From Asterias rubens (Eukaryota), in the NCBI RefSeq assembly GCF_902459465.1, contig NC_047068.1, forward strand, positions 12,400,001 to 12,464,000: a DNA stretch of 64,000 nucleotides, read 5' to 3'. Both the position numbers and the translations under genes were made by a program. Positions 21,953 through 39,900 of this stretch are shown here, in pieces. A model generated the notes under the pieces. The model saw only the letters and a list, made by a program, of their open reading frames with translations, searched no databases and was not told the origin of the DNA. The first letter of the stretch is position 1, and each line of letters begins with the position of its first letter.

Positions 21953-24900
21953 TTAACGACTCTTTCCCTTCTTCGACTTTCCTCCCGATTTCCTCTTCTT
22001 GACGGTAGGCAGAGCCTTTTTGGATCCCTTCGCCTTCTTGGTCGATCGGCCCGGCTTTTTCCTCTCCCCTTTCTGGGCTCGTTGGTAGTCTTGATCCTCC
22101 TGAATCTCTTTGTTGACAGCCTGAGAAAATTATTTGAAGGAAAAAAAAAAGAATAATAATAATAGTGGCATCTCATAGGCAAGCATATTCATCGCTCAGT
22201 GACGCTCAAGGCGCTTTAACATACAGTATTTACCTGCAAGGTATGTGGGGCTACGTTTGAATTATGAGACCTACTGTTTTACATAGCACCATGGGTTTAT
22301 TATTTACTACAGTAAAAATAGTAATAACTAGTTTTGAATATAGCGCATTAATTTAACAATAGCCGTATGAATGTACTTTACATGAGTGCCCTGGACATTA
22401 GGCTAATTACATTCCTGTAATATTTCTCAGCTCCCTGGGGAGTAGACAACCCTGGGCTACCATAGCACTCCAAAGGCGTTTTCACACATAATATCAACCT
22501 CTACCCGCGCAGGTACCCATTTATACCCCTGGGTGGAGAGAAGCAATTATAGTAAAGTGACTTGCTCAGGGACACAAGTGTGAAGACCGGGATTAAAACC
22601 CACATCCGGTGACTTAACCCCCAGATCTTGAATTGATGCCCTAAACCACTCGGCCATGACACCCAATTGATAATACTAATAATAATAATAAAAATAATAA
22701 TACCAACATTTATAAAGCAGGCCTAATCATGGAGGCATGCTCTTAGGCCCTGAACACAGTTATACAAAGTGGCACTAGTTAAAAGCATAATGGTTTAAGT
22801 GTAAAAATTGAAATAAATTAAGATAACTGAAATAAATGAAATATAAATAAGGAGTAAACAAATTAATTTAGATTTAAACCTGCAGCAATAAGAGGTTAAA
22901 AATGAACTACTGAAAAGTAAAAATTACAATTAAATTTATTCAAGGATTATATAACATAACATCATAAACTGGTTTATTATAGGCAGGGTATACTTTTGGT
23001 AATGGTCAGGATGTGATATCACCAAACTCAAAGCAGTAGTACTGAAAATCAAGCTGAGATGGGAGTGGTATCAGTGATTCAATCAGGGTAAAGTTTGAGG
23101 AGGAGACTACGGGCAATTGCACCTACGCTTAAAAGATACAAAATAGTCATCGTTTATATTCTGGAATCCCTCCTTTCTTCTTCAGAGACACAAATATAAA
23201 CACAAGAATCAAAACAGAGCAGGACTGACTTCACAGAGGCAAGGAAGGCGATTGCCACCATGCCCCCTGGTAATTGCCTTAGTGCCCTAGAAATGCTCCA
23301 GTAGAAATTTACAATTTCCTCATAGGGTGTCCTCTACCATGGAGTAAATGCCTTGGTGCCCTTGCCCTTTCAAAAACAAAGCATTAAGGTCGGACAGAGA
23401 AACGAATTGAGCCTAATCTCACCTTTGTGACATCAATCTGTGGTTTCTTTCTATTCATGCTGTTGAGTATCGCGGTTTCTCGACTCCGCTCGTCGGCCAT
23501 GTTACCACAGACTGGATCGAACTGGTCAAATACAAACAAAAGAAATCAAGTGAGCAACAGCCTGTTCACAAAACCACAGAAAAAAATTGCTTTAAAAGTT
23601 TTATGCACATTTGTCCAAAACGAGGCTTAAAAGCGATTCTTGGTATGGGGCTACAAGAAGAAGTATTATTTATTGTGAAAAGTATGTTCTAACAATGTTT
23701 ATAAAAACAAATTCAGAAATACCTCAGACAGTTTCGCTATTCCTATTGGTGGAGAGCACGTCATGTGGGGGTGTTTAAATGGTTGATAATTACCAGCTGG
23801 AGCTGTTTATAACCGGTTATTTTCGGATACCTCAGTTTCGCTATTCCTATTGGTGGAGAGCGTGTCATGTGGGGATGTTTAAACGGTTAATAATTACCAG
23901 CTGGAGCTGTTTGAAACCGGTTATTTTTGGATACGTTTTTTCTGTCTCAGTCATAAAAATGCAACCCACTACAAAGCTCAAGGACGTGGGAAAACGGATA
24001 AGTTTTACAGAGTTTCATACTTTATTACGCATTAAACAAAAAAGGCATTTATGAATGGGAATAAAAGAGTAGCGACTCGTTCTTAAACTGCTGTTTAAAA
24101 CCTTGCAGGGTTATGGCCGTGCGATAAAGGCCCTTGTGTTAAAAAAATTTTCTTGACACTTACCTTTCTCTTCTTTCCCATTTGTCTCGTCGGCTTTTCC
24201 TTGGGCTGCATAAAATCAAAGAAAGCAATAATTTAGGTCAAAATCGCTTATATTATCTCAAATGGTTTGTTAGGAAAAACTTTTGACAACAAAAACGCAT
24301 AATAAACAAGAAATAATTTGATGTGAGAAAATTATTCACAATGCTTTTTCATGTTAGTTACCAATTATAATAACAGGAATTCTATAGCACCGTTCCATCT
24401 AGATCATGGCACTAAGCAACAAGAGGCAAGGAAAAGCAAATATATTTAAAGAGTAACTGGAAACAGGTGAGTTCTTAAGTTGTTTTTGAATCACACATAT
24501 CAAAGTAAACTTAAGGGGTTTTTGGGCACTTACAAGTTTCCTTTCGAACTTTCCGATGGAAGCAGTAGACTGCTTGGCAGCTTGGATGGCCATGCTGACC
24601 TCTGGTTCTTCGTCAAGGTTTTGGGCTTCACACCTTGTCCGGGAACTTCATAGAAATAATGTTAAAAATAAGAACACGTTTGTAAAAATCAGTCCTACAT
24701 AGGTCATTTACAAATCAGTGGCTCAGGCAGAATCACCTTTAGCAACAGCCGCAGCCAGAGTGAGGCCGCAAACTCAGATACAGCCTTACTACCTTGACCC
24801 AGAGTTGCTCACGCACAAGAAAAGCTAAGCAAACCAACATTATAAGGTTACCAGCCGAGATACCATGTCACATGTACAATTTGTGACTGGTATCCCGCTC

Positions 24901-27900
24901 ATTATTGCTAAGCAGTATTTTCTGGTTAAGCAGCTGAAATGAAACTGGGCCATGTTTCATAAAGCTGCTGAGCACAACCAAAATTTATACTTTCTCCGGA
25001 AGCTCGCAAAAGTTCCCCCAAAATAATACTGTTGCTTGGCAGAAGAGAAAATTTTGAACAAAAACAACGTGAAGTGGTTACGTTACAGGACTATGGGCCA
25101 GTTGTTGTCCAGGGATTATTTTAATCACTGGGGGTAAAGTGTGACAAACTCACTTTTCAATTTCTGCGCTCTGGCGATGTTCCTGAGACGTTGAAACTCA
25201 TTCTTGGCAACTCTCTCTTTCTTATCCTTCCTCTTCTTCATGAACTGGTCCTCGTAAGGATCTGGCGTGATAATAACAAAAATACAATCATGACAGAAAA
25301 ATAGATTGCAGTATTGTTTGTCTTAAAACCAAAAAGGCATGAGGAGAGAAAAGAAAAAAAATTAATGGGAGAAAAAAAACCTCTAGGAACTTTCGAATTA
25401 GCAACAACCAAAATGAGTATCAAATATTTTAAAGATAATAATGGACTAAACTAAATTGTTAAAACCTTCCTATACTGATTGTGTATAAAGTTTGTGTATT
25501 TATTGTATTGTATTTGAGGATAAACCCCTAGCCTATAATTTTTTTATTTATTATGTGAGACCAACGCTTCAAATTCCTGTGATTGTTTTCAATCCCTGGC
25601 TAATAATAAACCATTTTAATTCTCTACTTGACATTGATTCAAGATCAATCATCTACTGTGGTTTTAAATGATAGCTAATTATGCCAGCCTGCAACATGAT
25701 ATCATGCGGTGAATGCATCTGAGAGCAAGGGAGAGCTGTGTATAGTACATAATATTTTGAGAAACATTTCGTTCTGAAGTAACATAGTTTTTGAAAAAGA
25801 GGTAATTTCTCACTGAAATATAAAAACACTTCAGACCTGAAGCCTTTTTTAGGCTTAAGAAAGCACACACATTTGTGCAACAACGGCGATTTTCTTTCAC
25901 TGTTCTCTTGCAAATATCGATGACCAATTGAGTCCAAACTTTCACAAATTGGTTATTTTATGCATATGTTGGGATACACCAAGTGAGAAAACTGGTCTTA
26001 GACAATTAACAAAGGTGTCCAGTGCCTTTAAACAAAACTACCAATAAAGGTTCACGGAATCCTAAGCAGTAAAAGGTGAGTTTCTCAACGTGACTTACCT
26101 GCATTTGCAGGAACTTCCAAGACCCAATCTTTCTCCTCATCATTCTTACTTCCATAACCCCAACGAGGAACCCATTTCTGAAACAAGAAACAAATTAAAA
26201 TCAAGTCAGTCCATAAATGTTACTTTGGGCAGGGATAACATTAACACAATAGCATGTTACATACAAATACAACTAAATACATGAGAATTGAGTGACTTAA
26301 ACATACCTTCTCTTCCTCGTCCCATACTTTTCGGCTCTTTTTCCTTTTGTGAATTCCTTTGACTTTAGAATACTGCTCCCATCTTGTCAAGGGATTTGAT
26401 TTTGGTACCTAGAACAAACAACAACAAATTAAATGTGATAACAATACAAAGTTTTTACTGTCAGAACATATTCACCTGATTTCTATTGTGGGAATCTATG
26501 ACCTTTTGTGTTAGACAGCATTGCGCAAATTTTAGTTTGACATTGCTCAACTGTGTCAAGATTGTAATGACGATTTAGTTTTTGTTTTTTTAATACTTAC
26601 ATGTTTTTCTCTGGGTAAATTTGTTGTCGCATCAGGAATCTGCCGAAAGCACAAAAGATAAAAAGGAGACAAATAAACATCTTAGCCAAAGTGACCACTA
26701 CCATGGTTCCTCTATGGACTTCATGCGTTTGTAGGAAAAAAAACATGGAAATATATTATGTGCAGTTTCAAAAGTTGAAATATCAAAAATAAATATAATA
26801 TTATAGAAAATGTACACATAAATTATTTTAACTAAATTACCAAAACAAATTGTTTGAATTAAAATCTGACCTGTACTAAGATGACTTCATCTACTCTTTC
26901 AACGGGAAGCTGAAAAAAACCAACAACAATTTGTTAGGATGTGAAAAGACTTGATCAAGGAGTTTTATTTAAAGAAAATAAATACCCTTGGTCTTTTTAA
27001 ACTTTGTTTTTGTTTCATTCATTCCTATAAATGTACACAATAAAACTAACCTGTGAAAATTTCATTTCAAAAGGTGGTAGGAGATATCGCTGAAAATCTG
27101 GAGCGATTGTTTCTAAGCAGGAAGAATAACCCCCAATGAGACACTTTGGAACGCTGGGTGGCAGCAGACTTACCAGGTAAATTTCCATTGTTTACGTAGT
27201 TCTGAGCACGCAACATTACCAAGAACAATGGATTTTTCCTGGTAAGTCTGCTGCCACCAAGGGTCCCAAAAGTCTCCCATTGGAACACACAATCTTATAA
27301 ATATTTCTAACAGAAACACTTCTCAGATTCAAATTTGTGTGGGGATAAAAACTGGTATCTTTAACCATAACCCTGTTGCTTCAAAGTAAAGGGATTCTCA
27401 AAATGCTTTATTCTATCGAAAGTTGCTGCACTTTTAACCAAGTTTAAATAGGCATTAACTTTTAGAGTGATTACCAAGCAAATACCTTCCCTTCAAGGAC
27501 AAAGTCGCTTACTGATCACATTATCTAAATAGCTTATTCCATGCAAAAGCATAAATCTTATGTTTCCCTTGCATGGATCACATAATCCCTATCTTATCTA
27601 ATTCATACTAACCTTCCATATGTTATTAAATAAAAGCTGTGTGTTATCTCTTGCCAAAGATTTGAGAAACGCCTCCCTGTTTTGTCTGTAAGAGAGTAAC
27701 AAATTGGAAGTTTGCATAATTAATATCCACAAACTCAGACGATAGGCAACATTCTTGGTACAATAACTACTTTTTGTACTTCTTTGGTTAATGTTGATGG
27801 GCACAATCTTTGAAAATGTCCTTTTTTAAGCTTGCAGGGTGTGCCATTTTTGTGACAATCTTACAATTGTTGACACCGCGTGATCTTTGTCGCTCAACCA

Positions 27901-29849
27901 TAATTCTCATCACTTGTCGTGAAACATACGCTGTGTGAAAGGAAGTACATCTTCGTGGTTCCCAGACGCGTGTCCATATGTTTTGTACACAAAGCACGGA
28001 TTGGGTATTTTTTCTTTCCAGGACGAACGTGTGCAGATAATTCTCCATGTTTGTCCTGGGAAATAAATACGCGCACGGTCGGGGACAATTGGCATTACTA
28101 GTGTAGTGGTAAAACGGAGTAGTTGGGGACTGAATTACAGTAAGAATTTATCATTTTTAACAATTTTTGAGATTGCGGAGTGGATTTTCTGTTGTCCCTG
28201 GTAACAATGAGAGTTCAAAGGACACATAGAGCCTAATTTTGGCGAGAAAAAAAGAAAAAAAAGAGAGAGATTTGTGATTCCAAAATTCATTGAACCATCA
28301 TCGTTATTGGCGTGAGAGACATACATGTACATGTACCCCTATGAGATTACGGGAGACGGTAGCGGACAAAACCGAAATAGTTCTAGGAGAAGCGATGACC
28401 TAGTCTGGCAATGACAACAACGGTGCCAACCAGGCAACAATAATATTATAAAAGGCAGCCGATCACAGACACATTCAGCTAGCTGTCAAGAGTCCATGTG
28501 GTTGTTGTCAACTCATGAAATATTAGACTTCAAATCAAGTCAAACCGAGTTTAGTTGCCGCTAGCTTCAACAGCGTTCCGCACTTGTACGTATACGGCGG
28601 CGCGTACTGAGAACACGACTGTCTAACCGACTTGTCCGAGTTTAGTATTAAATACGCAATAGTCATGACAAACGAGTCTGTACCCCGACTTTACATGTAG
28701 CAACGACGATAAAAAAAATGGACGTATCCGGTCCTCGTGAAAAAGACAAACGTTTATTACTTGTTAGTGCTACTAGAGTACAGCTAGTAATACCAAAGGA
28801 TTGCGGGAAAAAAATACCCGAATGGATCGTACGTACTTGGAGTGGAGATTGGGTCAACTGGACCGATAACAATCTATAAATTGGAATTTCTGACTTGCAA
28901 GTATTTTATTTTCCGATGGCTCGGCTGACATTTTACGATTTTTAAAATCTCATTTTGAATTGGTAAAAATAAAAATAAAATCCATGCGGTCCCCAAAAAG
29001 GAAGCGGGCGGGGACGCTAAACATAAGTTTTTTTTACTTCGCCTAATATGAATAACACTAATCCGGTAAAGTTCCAAAGTCCAAACCACCTACAACCAAA
29101 TGTTGTCTGGTTGTGGTGGCAGACTTAAATTGTGCGATTTAAAAAAAATGCCATCTTCAAACATCACCCGCCCATAAATGATATTGATAATATTACAATC
29201 AAAATTAAGAAATTAATGTCTACAGGGACAGGTACAAACTAAATTAAAAATGATAAAATATAAATTTATAATAATAAATTAATAAGTAAGTAATTTTTTA
29301 ACTCTATTTTAGTAGGGCCTAATAGTAATACTATAGTCTATATATTATGTTATTTGTTATATATAGTCTATTTAATTTACATTTTAAATTAATTAAAATA
29401 AATTTATTATTTAAATTTTTAATAAAATTGGAGACGAAGACATTTGATGATATCTCATTAACTTAACTATCAAATTCCATGTCATGTTTATTGACAATCA
29501 ATTTGTAAAGAATGATATGTTTTCATGTGAAAAGAAGACTGCCAAGTGCCAGTGCTACATATATATAATAATAATATTATTGATGCATTGACGTGTGTGC
29601 ATGCATTGCCGTACGTATCCGCAAAACACAAACAAATTCAGTCATGCCGCTTGTTTAAAATCAAAAACCGACAACTCGAACTCACCTAAATTCTTTCACG
29701 TTTATTGGGTTAGGATCAACAGACAGGAGATTGCCAGGATCTAGCTCAACATCTATGTCTTTAGTAACCTCGGTAGTTTTGAGTTTCTTCTCAAGGAGTG
29801 CAGTTTGTTTGAGAACATTTTCAACCACATGTTGTGAATTTGACGCCAT
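21953..29849 (-). CDS. RRS1: Ribosome biogenesis regulatory protein homolog (RRS1), 11 exons, ~326-341 aa
   Basis: Minus-strand exons 29849-29686, 27685-27613, 26909-26871, 26639-26601, 26408-26307, 26177-26099, 25261-25154, 24645 (or 24601)-24534, 24205-24164, 23521-23423, 22120-21953. Motifs: DPGNLL, LARDNTQLLFNNIW, LPREK, LTRWEQY, PRWGY, DWVLEVP, DPYEDQF, KKERVAKNE..RLRN, STASIGKF, and a Lys/Gly-rich tail. A phase mismatch occurs in exon 8 (see findings). Confidence 0.92.
22425..22662 (-). mobile_element. tRNA-derived SINE
   Basis: Minus strand GGGTGTCATGGCCGAGTGGTTTAG head, then TGTGTCCCTGAGCAAGTCACTT...CTCTCCACCCAGGGGTATAAATGGGTACC core. Confidence 0.75.
23715..23935. repeat. Tandem duplication (~105 bp x2) of a dispersed repeat terminus
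   Basis: TTTCGCTATTCCTATTGGTGGAGAGC..GTCATGTGGGG...ACCGGTTATTTT occurs twice. The same motif is inverted at ~41715-41760 and ~56110-56150. Confidence 0.75.
25670..26027 (+). mobile_element. Kolobok-like MITE copy, 5'-degraded
   Basis: Ends GGTGTCCAGTGCCT|TTAA; body similar to 6515-6888. Confidence 0.65.
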
Positions 29850-31030
29850 CTTTAAAAGAATGACCTTTTCATGTATAACCCATACACTTGAAGGAGGCGC
29901 GCTGAACGCACATTTCAACTTGTCCAAGTCTCTCCTTTTGAAAATGGATATCGCAAATTTTTATCAAAATAAATTTGGTTATGAAGAGAGTGTATTTTTA
30001 TGAAGGAATATTTAAAATATTATTTAGAAACGCAAAATAAGCAAAAACAAATATCGAATTTTTGTGGCGAGTAATTTCCAGTAGGAAAAAAAAAATTTCA
30101 TGGCCTAATTTTCGCTCAAGAAAATCTTTTCGTTTGTAGAGTTTTTCACAAACTGCGATGCTGCTCAAAATGAAAAACATTTGGAAAAACCGTTTGCGCA
30201 AAACTGTTTGTACTTATATGGACATTGGATAGTGTTGGGATCCTGTACACCTGTTATCATTGCTTTTTAAGAGCAATACCAAAAGTTTATGCTTTTTCTC
30301 AAATCCATTTAAAATTTCTCAACATTTTCTGGTCAAATCGGTTTAAAATCAGCATCTTTTAAAAAGCGCTTTATTCCTAAAGCTGTTCTATGCTCTCCTG
30401 AACACTGTATAATACTCAAATTTTGATGTTTATTTTTGTTTATGAGAGCCCCAGTTTCATGGATTGTGCCCCTAGCTAGCAGTGTTGCAAACTTCTTATC
30501 AACGAGACGAAAGACCTACGTTTAAAGGCCTGAGGTTTTGACCCTTATTCAAATGCTAGAATATAACTGTAACAGAAGCAGTGAAGTGAAACTACATGGA
30601 TAGAAAAGAGACTGAAGAGGGCAGAAAAACACACAGAAAAGCTAGGAGTAGACAATGAATAGATCATGACAAGGGAGACGGGGCTGAAATAAAGAAATGT
30701 TAAACACTTGAATCATCATTGCTTGGGGTACTTTTTAGTTGGAACTTGACATGAACAATAATTTCAACTAAAGCAAAGTAAATTGAGTTAGCACTGTCAA
30801 ATGTAATCTACATTTTGTGATTCTGTTCTGCCTATAAGAGTACATCAACCCACACGCAATATGCTTTAACCACGCCCACAAGTAGTGGGTATGCCTTATT
30901 AATACAAAACTCACAGTTGACTAACAACAAGTTTAATGAGTGACGTATAAGGGATTTCTCCCTGTAATGGATGTGGTCTAAATTTATATCCCACAATGCA
31001 TTTCTCGACCTTTTTCAGCCGATCTCCAAA
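29850..31030. promoter_or_regulatory. Divergent (head-to-head) promoter region of RRS1 and RPL18
   Basis: Start codons are 1.18 kb apart on opposite strands. ZNF143/Staf-like ATCCCACAATGCAT at ~30988-31001 and a polypyrimidine TCT/TOP initiator CCTTTTTC at ~31009-31017 lie just upstream of the RPL18 ATG. Confidence 0.65.
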
Positions 31031-35332
<4,302 letters not shown>

Positions 35333-36942
35333 ACACCCCCAACTGCGGGAAACAACACGACAATTGTTATCTTTGGATTGTCCACCACAAAAGATTACTC
35401 GAGAAATATATATCTTTATTGGATTTGGAGCTTACCAAGATATCTCTAAGCCCATTTTTGGATTAAGAAGTACATTCAAATCAATGCTTACTCAAATTCA
35501 GCAAATACGTTTTGTACAAATTGACTGCAAAGGAAGATACAACAGTGTTCCTATATTTGTCAACATACAAAGGCATTTTTAAGAGAATGCTTTCTACCAG
35601 TACCAACACTAATGCTAGTATGTTGATTTATATTGAGTGATATTGGCAGTCATATACATTGACCCTGGCCATTCTTTCGGTTGTGTTAAAGTTATCAGTG
35701 TCTAACGAAAAAAGAGAAAAATAAAATAAATCGTTGGCAAAGAAATAAATGTATCTTGGTGGTGAGATTATTTATGTTGATGTAGAATTTGTTATGGTGA
35801 ATTTAAGTGTTTGGGGGATGGGGTAGGTACCTCATTGTATGAGAGGCAGTGGGCAAGTAGATAGATCATTGTTAGAGTTGAGTATTATTGGGATGGCCGT
35901 TGAGAAAGATGTACAGCTTTTTCAAATCCTCAACTTGGGCCGGTAATCTGTCTGCCATGCATTGTGTGTACTGTAGTTTAGTAGTGTGATACTTGAAGTG
36001 GGAATATTGTCCCCTTGCACTACTAGGTGCTGTGCACTAAATATCACTGATCCAGTCTCCCATTATAAGAGTACACCGAAGGAATTTAATCCCAAAATGT
36101 TAGAAATGGTAATGCAAAATTGTGGAATTGCGTTCCATGTTGTGCAAGGGGACATACACGTTGCAGAAAACTCGGTAGGATACATTTTACGCACTACACA
36201 TGAGGCATAAAGGCCAAATGGATTTCTAGCCTTCGGCTCTGGCCCTGGCTGTTTCATTTAGTGTCGGAAATAAGTTAAATTCAATCATTCATGGTTTTAA
36301 ATGGTAACAGCAGTGTCCAAATTAAAGACATCACAGTGGCTATGTTTGGAAATTGAAACGGCAATAAGTCCCAATCGTCAATGGTTATTAATTGTAACTG
36401 TTGCTAAAATCAGTCCATACAAAGCCTTTTGAATGGATTAAATGGTTCGACCCCATGGGAAATTGTATCAGAACGTAATATTGGTTATTCAACAGGTAGT
36501 TGAAGTATACCTCAAATTACTGTTTCGATGAGAAGGAAACAGTTCGACAACAGGCAGGCAATGAAAAGGTGTTCTTTAACTTTTCAGTACACTATTTACA
36601 CAAGATGTGTTTATGTTTATCTGGTTTAAAGTTCACACTTGCTTAAATTTCCACTAAAAAATGTAAAAATGTGCCCAAATTATTTGGTGTACTTGGTACA
36701 AGCATAGAGTAAGGAACAGAGTGTGTTTTTTTACAACTCTTCAACGTGCGAGGGCGCTATACAGCACGTGCAGTCCCGATACCACGGCGTACAAGGAAAT
36801 AAAGCGGAAATGTTGGTCTCTGTTTACATTGAGTGTGTGCAAAAGTTGTTCACACACACAGGAAGCGAAGGGGGAAAGATGGACTCTTAATTTGGTACAT
36901 ATCCCGTGAATTCTTTCGAGAGTAACGTCTTTATTTTACACC

Positions 36943-39900
36943 ATGACGAAAAATGGCAAGAGCCACTCTGTGGGGAACGGAAAAGGTAAAGAAGATGCAC
37001 GACAAAATCTGATTGACGAGATCTGCAAATTGAGAAGTAAGTCTGTGAAAAGTGGACTCACACATGCAAAAGTTGATGCAGCACTGGCCGCCCACCACAA
37101 CGGGGTGTCAGCAGCAAGTGGTTGTTGCAATGGTAAAATCAGAGCGAATTTTCGATGGTTCTTTCTGACATGTATTCCAATTGCACTTGGACTTGTTGTG
37201 TTTGCCTGCCGTGAAGAGATTTTCATGTGGTTTGACGATCCGTGCATTATCGGCAGTAACTTTATATTTGCGGAGATCGGCCGGCCAAACGCTCCGTGCG
37301 ACCTGTGCCGCAACCTCACCGAGGTACCGACGTACGAGACGATCACCCCGGCGGAGTTCGTCGCAAAACACGCTTACAACATCCGTCCCGCTCTCGTGAC
37401 TGGAGCAACTGCGAACTGGACCGCAATGGGAACATTTAATTACGATTTCTTTAAGGAACTTTATGGAAGTCATCCAGAGGCTTTGGATGCTGTAGAGAAG
37501 GAATGTCAGTTCTTTCCATATAATACGGAATTTGGTTCTTTGAAAGATGCATTTGAGATGCCGGCAGATAGAGCGGCGTTGAAGGATGGGGAGAAGCACT
37601 GGTATTTCGGCTGGTAAGGTTACAAAGTTTTTAAAAGTTTTTTTTACAACTATTTTGCTATAGTAATAGTAGAATATAAAGACGCTTACAAAAAGAGGAA
37701 AGAAGAGCTATTTTACACCTGTCACTTTTATGTTTGTATTAATTACAGCAATATACGTTCAATTTCAACCACAAATTATTTAAAATTTACAGTAGTTTAA
37801 TTTGATTGTGGTTCATTTCTTGAGATGAAAAAATAAGTAAAAATTGTGATAAAGAATATTTTGCTCTAGTGAGGACAGGTGGTAGATATTTTGTTAAAAA
37901 TTTTCAGGGCCTATTATAATTGATTTTTTGTATTACATTAGTTTTGTGTTTGTATAAAACTTTGTAGAAATATAAAACTATAGTTACACAAATTCAATAT
38001 TATAATAGACCCTAAAAAATATAATTAAAAAAATCTGTAAATGCAATGTTCCCTAAATATTATTTATAATTCTCTGTCTCCTGTACACATTCGAGCCAGA
38101 TCTTCATTTAACAATCTTTTTTAATATAAGTAAAAACTGAGTAATAAACTGGCTCTTTTTAATTATTCATCTGAACATCATTAAGAATATGAGTTTTAAC
38201 ATCAAACGACAATGATAAAAAGCTTTTTGATTTGTTCTCTTAAATCTTGTTTATTTCGATGACACATTGATTTGTAATAAATTTGGCAATATTTTTAAAA
38301 ATGGCTTTTATAAACAAGGCCACAGGAATCCATTAAAAATTTTGAGTTTTTAAATCTTACAAGAAACAATTTGTCAAATAAAGTTAAAGCAGAATTAAAA
38401 AATGAAAATACCATACCAAATTGTCACATTGAAATGTTGTTAAACAAAACAATGTTTGTTGCACTGAATATCTTTTGCTAGCTTCCATTATGCCTTAACA
38501 AATAATTCCTTTAACCTAATTTCCAATACAAAGAAGTACAATGTCGTCACCATAAATAAATTACAATCCTATTGTGCTCGACATAATTCATAACAATAAT
38601 CGCTTCGCCGGTAATTGAAGCCTTTGTTGACGTTTGAAAAAATAGCTACATGAGATCGAATGTAATAAGGTTGAAATTAAATTATGCTCTTTTTACTACA
38701 TCTGCAGGAGTAACTGTGACCCAGTTGTGGCGGTCAAATTACGGAAGCATTACCAGAGGCCTTATTTCTTGCCGGAGAGCTCTGAGTCCAGTGCGTTGGA
38801 CTGGATATTCATGGGTGGACCGGGGGTTGGAGCAGGCATACATGTAAGAAATCACTTAGAGCGTCCTTTAATCCTAAATGCATTGTCATAGCCTGGGGAG
38901 AGGGGGAATGCATTGTCATAGCCTGGGGAGAGGGGGGGGGGAGGATCAGGGAGGGATAAGGGTGAAAATTGCAACTCTCATGACCCTAAATCCCCTTTTG
39001 TGTGGCATGGCAGAGTGGTTTAGAGCATCAAACTTTGTGAGGGATTCAAAAGCGTCCTTGTGAGAATGTATTTTGAAATGTAAGCGTAGCTGCAAATCTT
39101 GAAACGTAAGCCTAGCTTGACTCGGGATTGAAAGCGTAATTTTTGATTTTAGCGTAACAAACCTAAATGATGTATATGAATTGTATGGATATGGAGTAGC
39201 TGCGTAGCTTGGAACGTAACCATATCTTTTGGAACGTAAGCATATCTTGGAACGTAAGCATAGTTGGGTATCTTGGAACGTAAACGTAGCTGCGTATGGA
39301 TCGTAAGCATAGCTGAGAAGCTGTGTAGCTTAGAACGTAATCTTATCTTTTGGAACGTAAGCATATCTTGGAACGTAAGCGTAGCTGCGTATCTTGGAAC
39401 GTAAACGGCATGTGCAGTACGTGATATGCCCCGAGGCTTACGTTCCGATTGCTCCACGCTGTGAGGCCATATAACAAGCTTCCGTTACACGGACTCTGAA
39501 TGCGAATCTTACGTTTGATTTTTTACCATTATTTACATTTTGTAGAGATAATTTGAATACATGATCTTTTTCGTCAATTACTCATTAATAATTTAAAAAA
39601 AAAAGATTTAAATTTGGTTTGGTAAGTTCCTTTTAGACGGCTGGAAGTAAAACTAGCCAAGAAGGTCATTAGCTTGTTTGTACCACTTTTTGGTTAGAAC
39701 AATCACGCGACCTTCGTTTTTGTTTTAAAATGCTAAAAACGGCAAAATTTGATGATTTTTTTTAAGGACTATTCTTCTTCATTCCTGGAAACCCATTGAA
39801 TACATTTCTTAGTCTATTTTGTAGCCCAAATAGCCCAATTCGGCCGGTGTGTCCCTTTAATATTATTAATATGATGCATTTTTGTATGAATGATGCTGAA

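Noticed and set aside
21829-22182. Arg-rich 117-aa minus-strand ORF
   Set aside because: It is the wrong-frame reading of the RRS1 last exon; the spliced frame gives AVNKEIQ...KKGKSR*.
30075-30100. RRPE-like TGAAATTTTTT motif upstream of RRS1
   Set aside because: RRPE is a yeast element, and such A/T runs are common in this AT-rich DNA.
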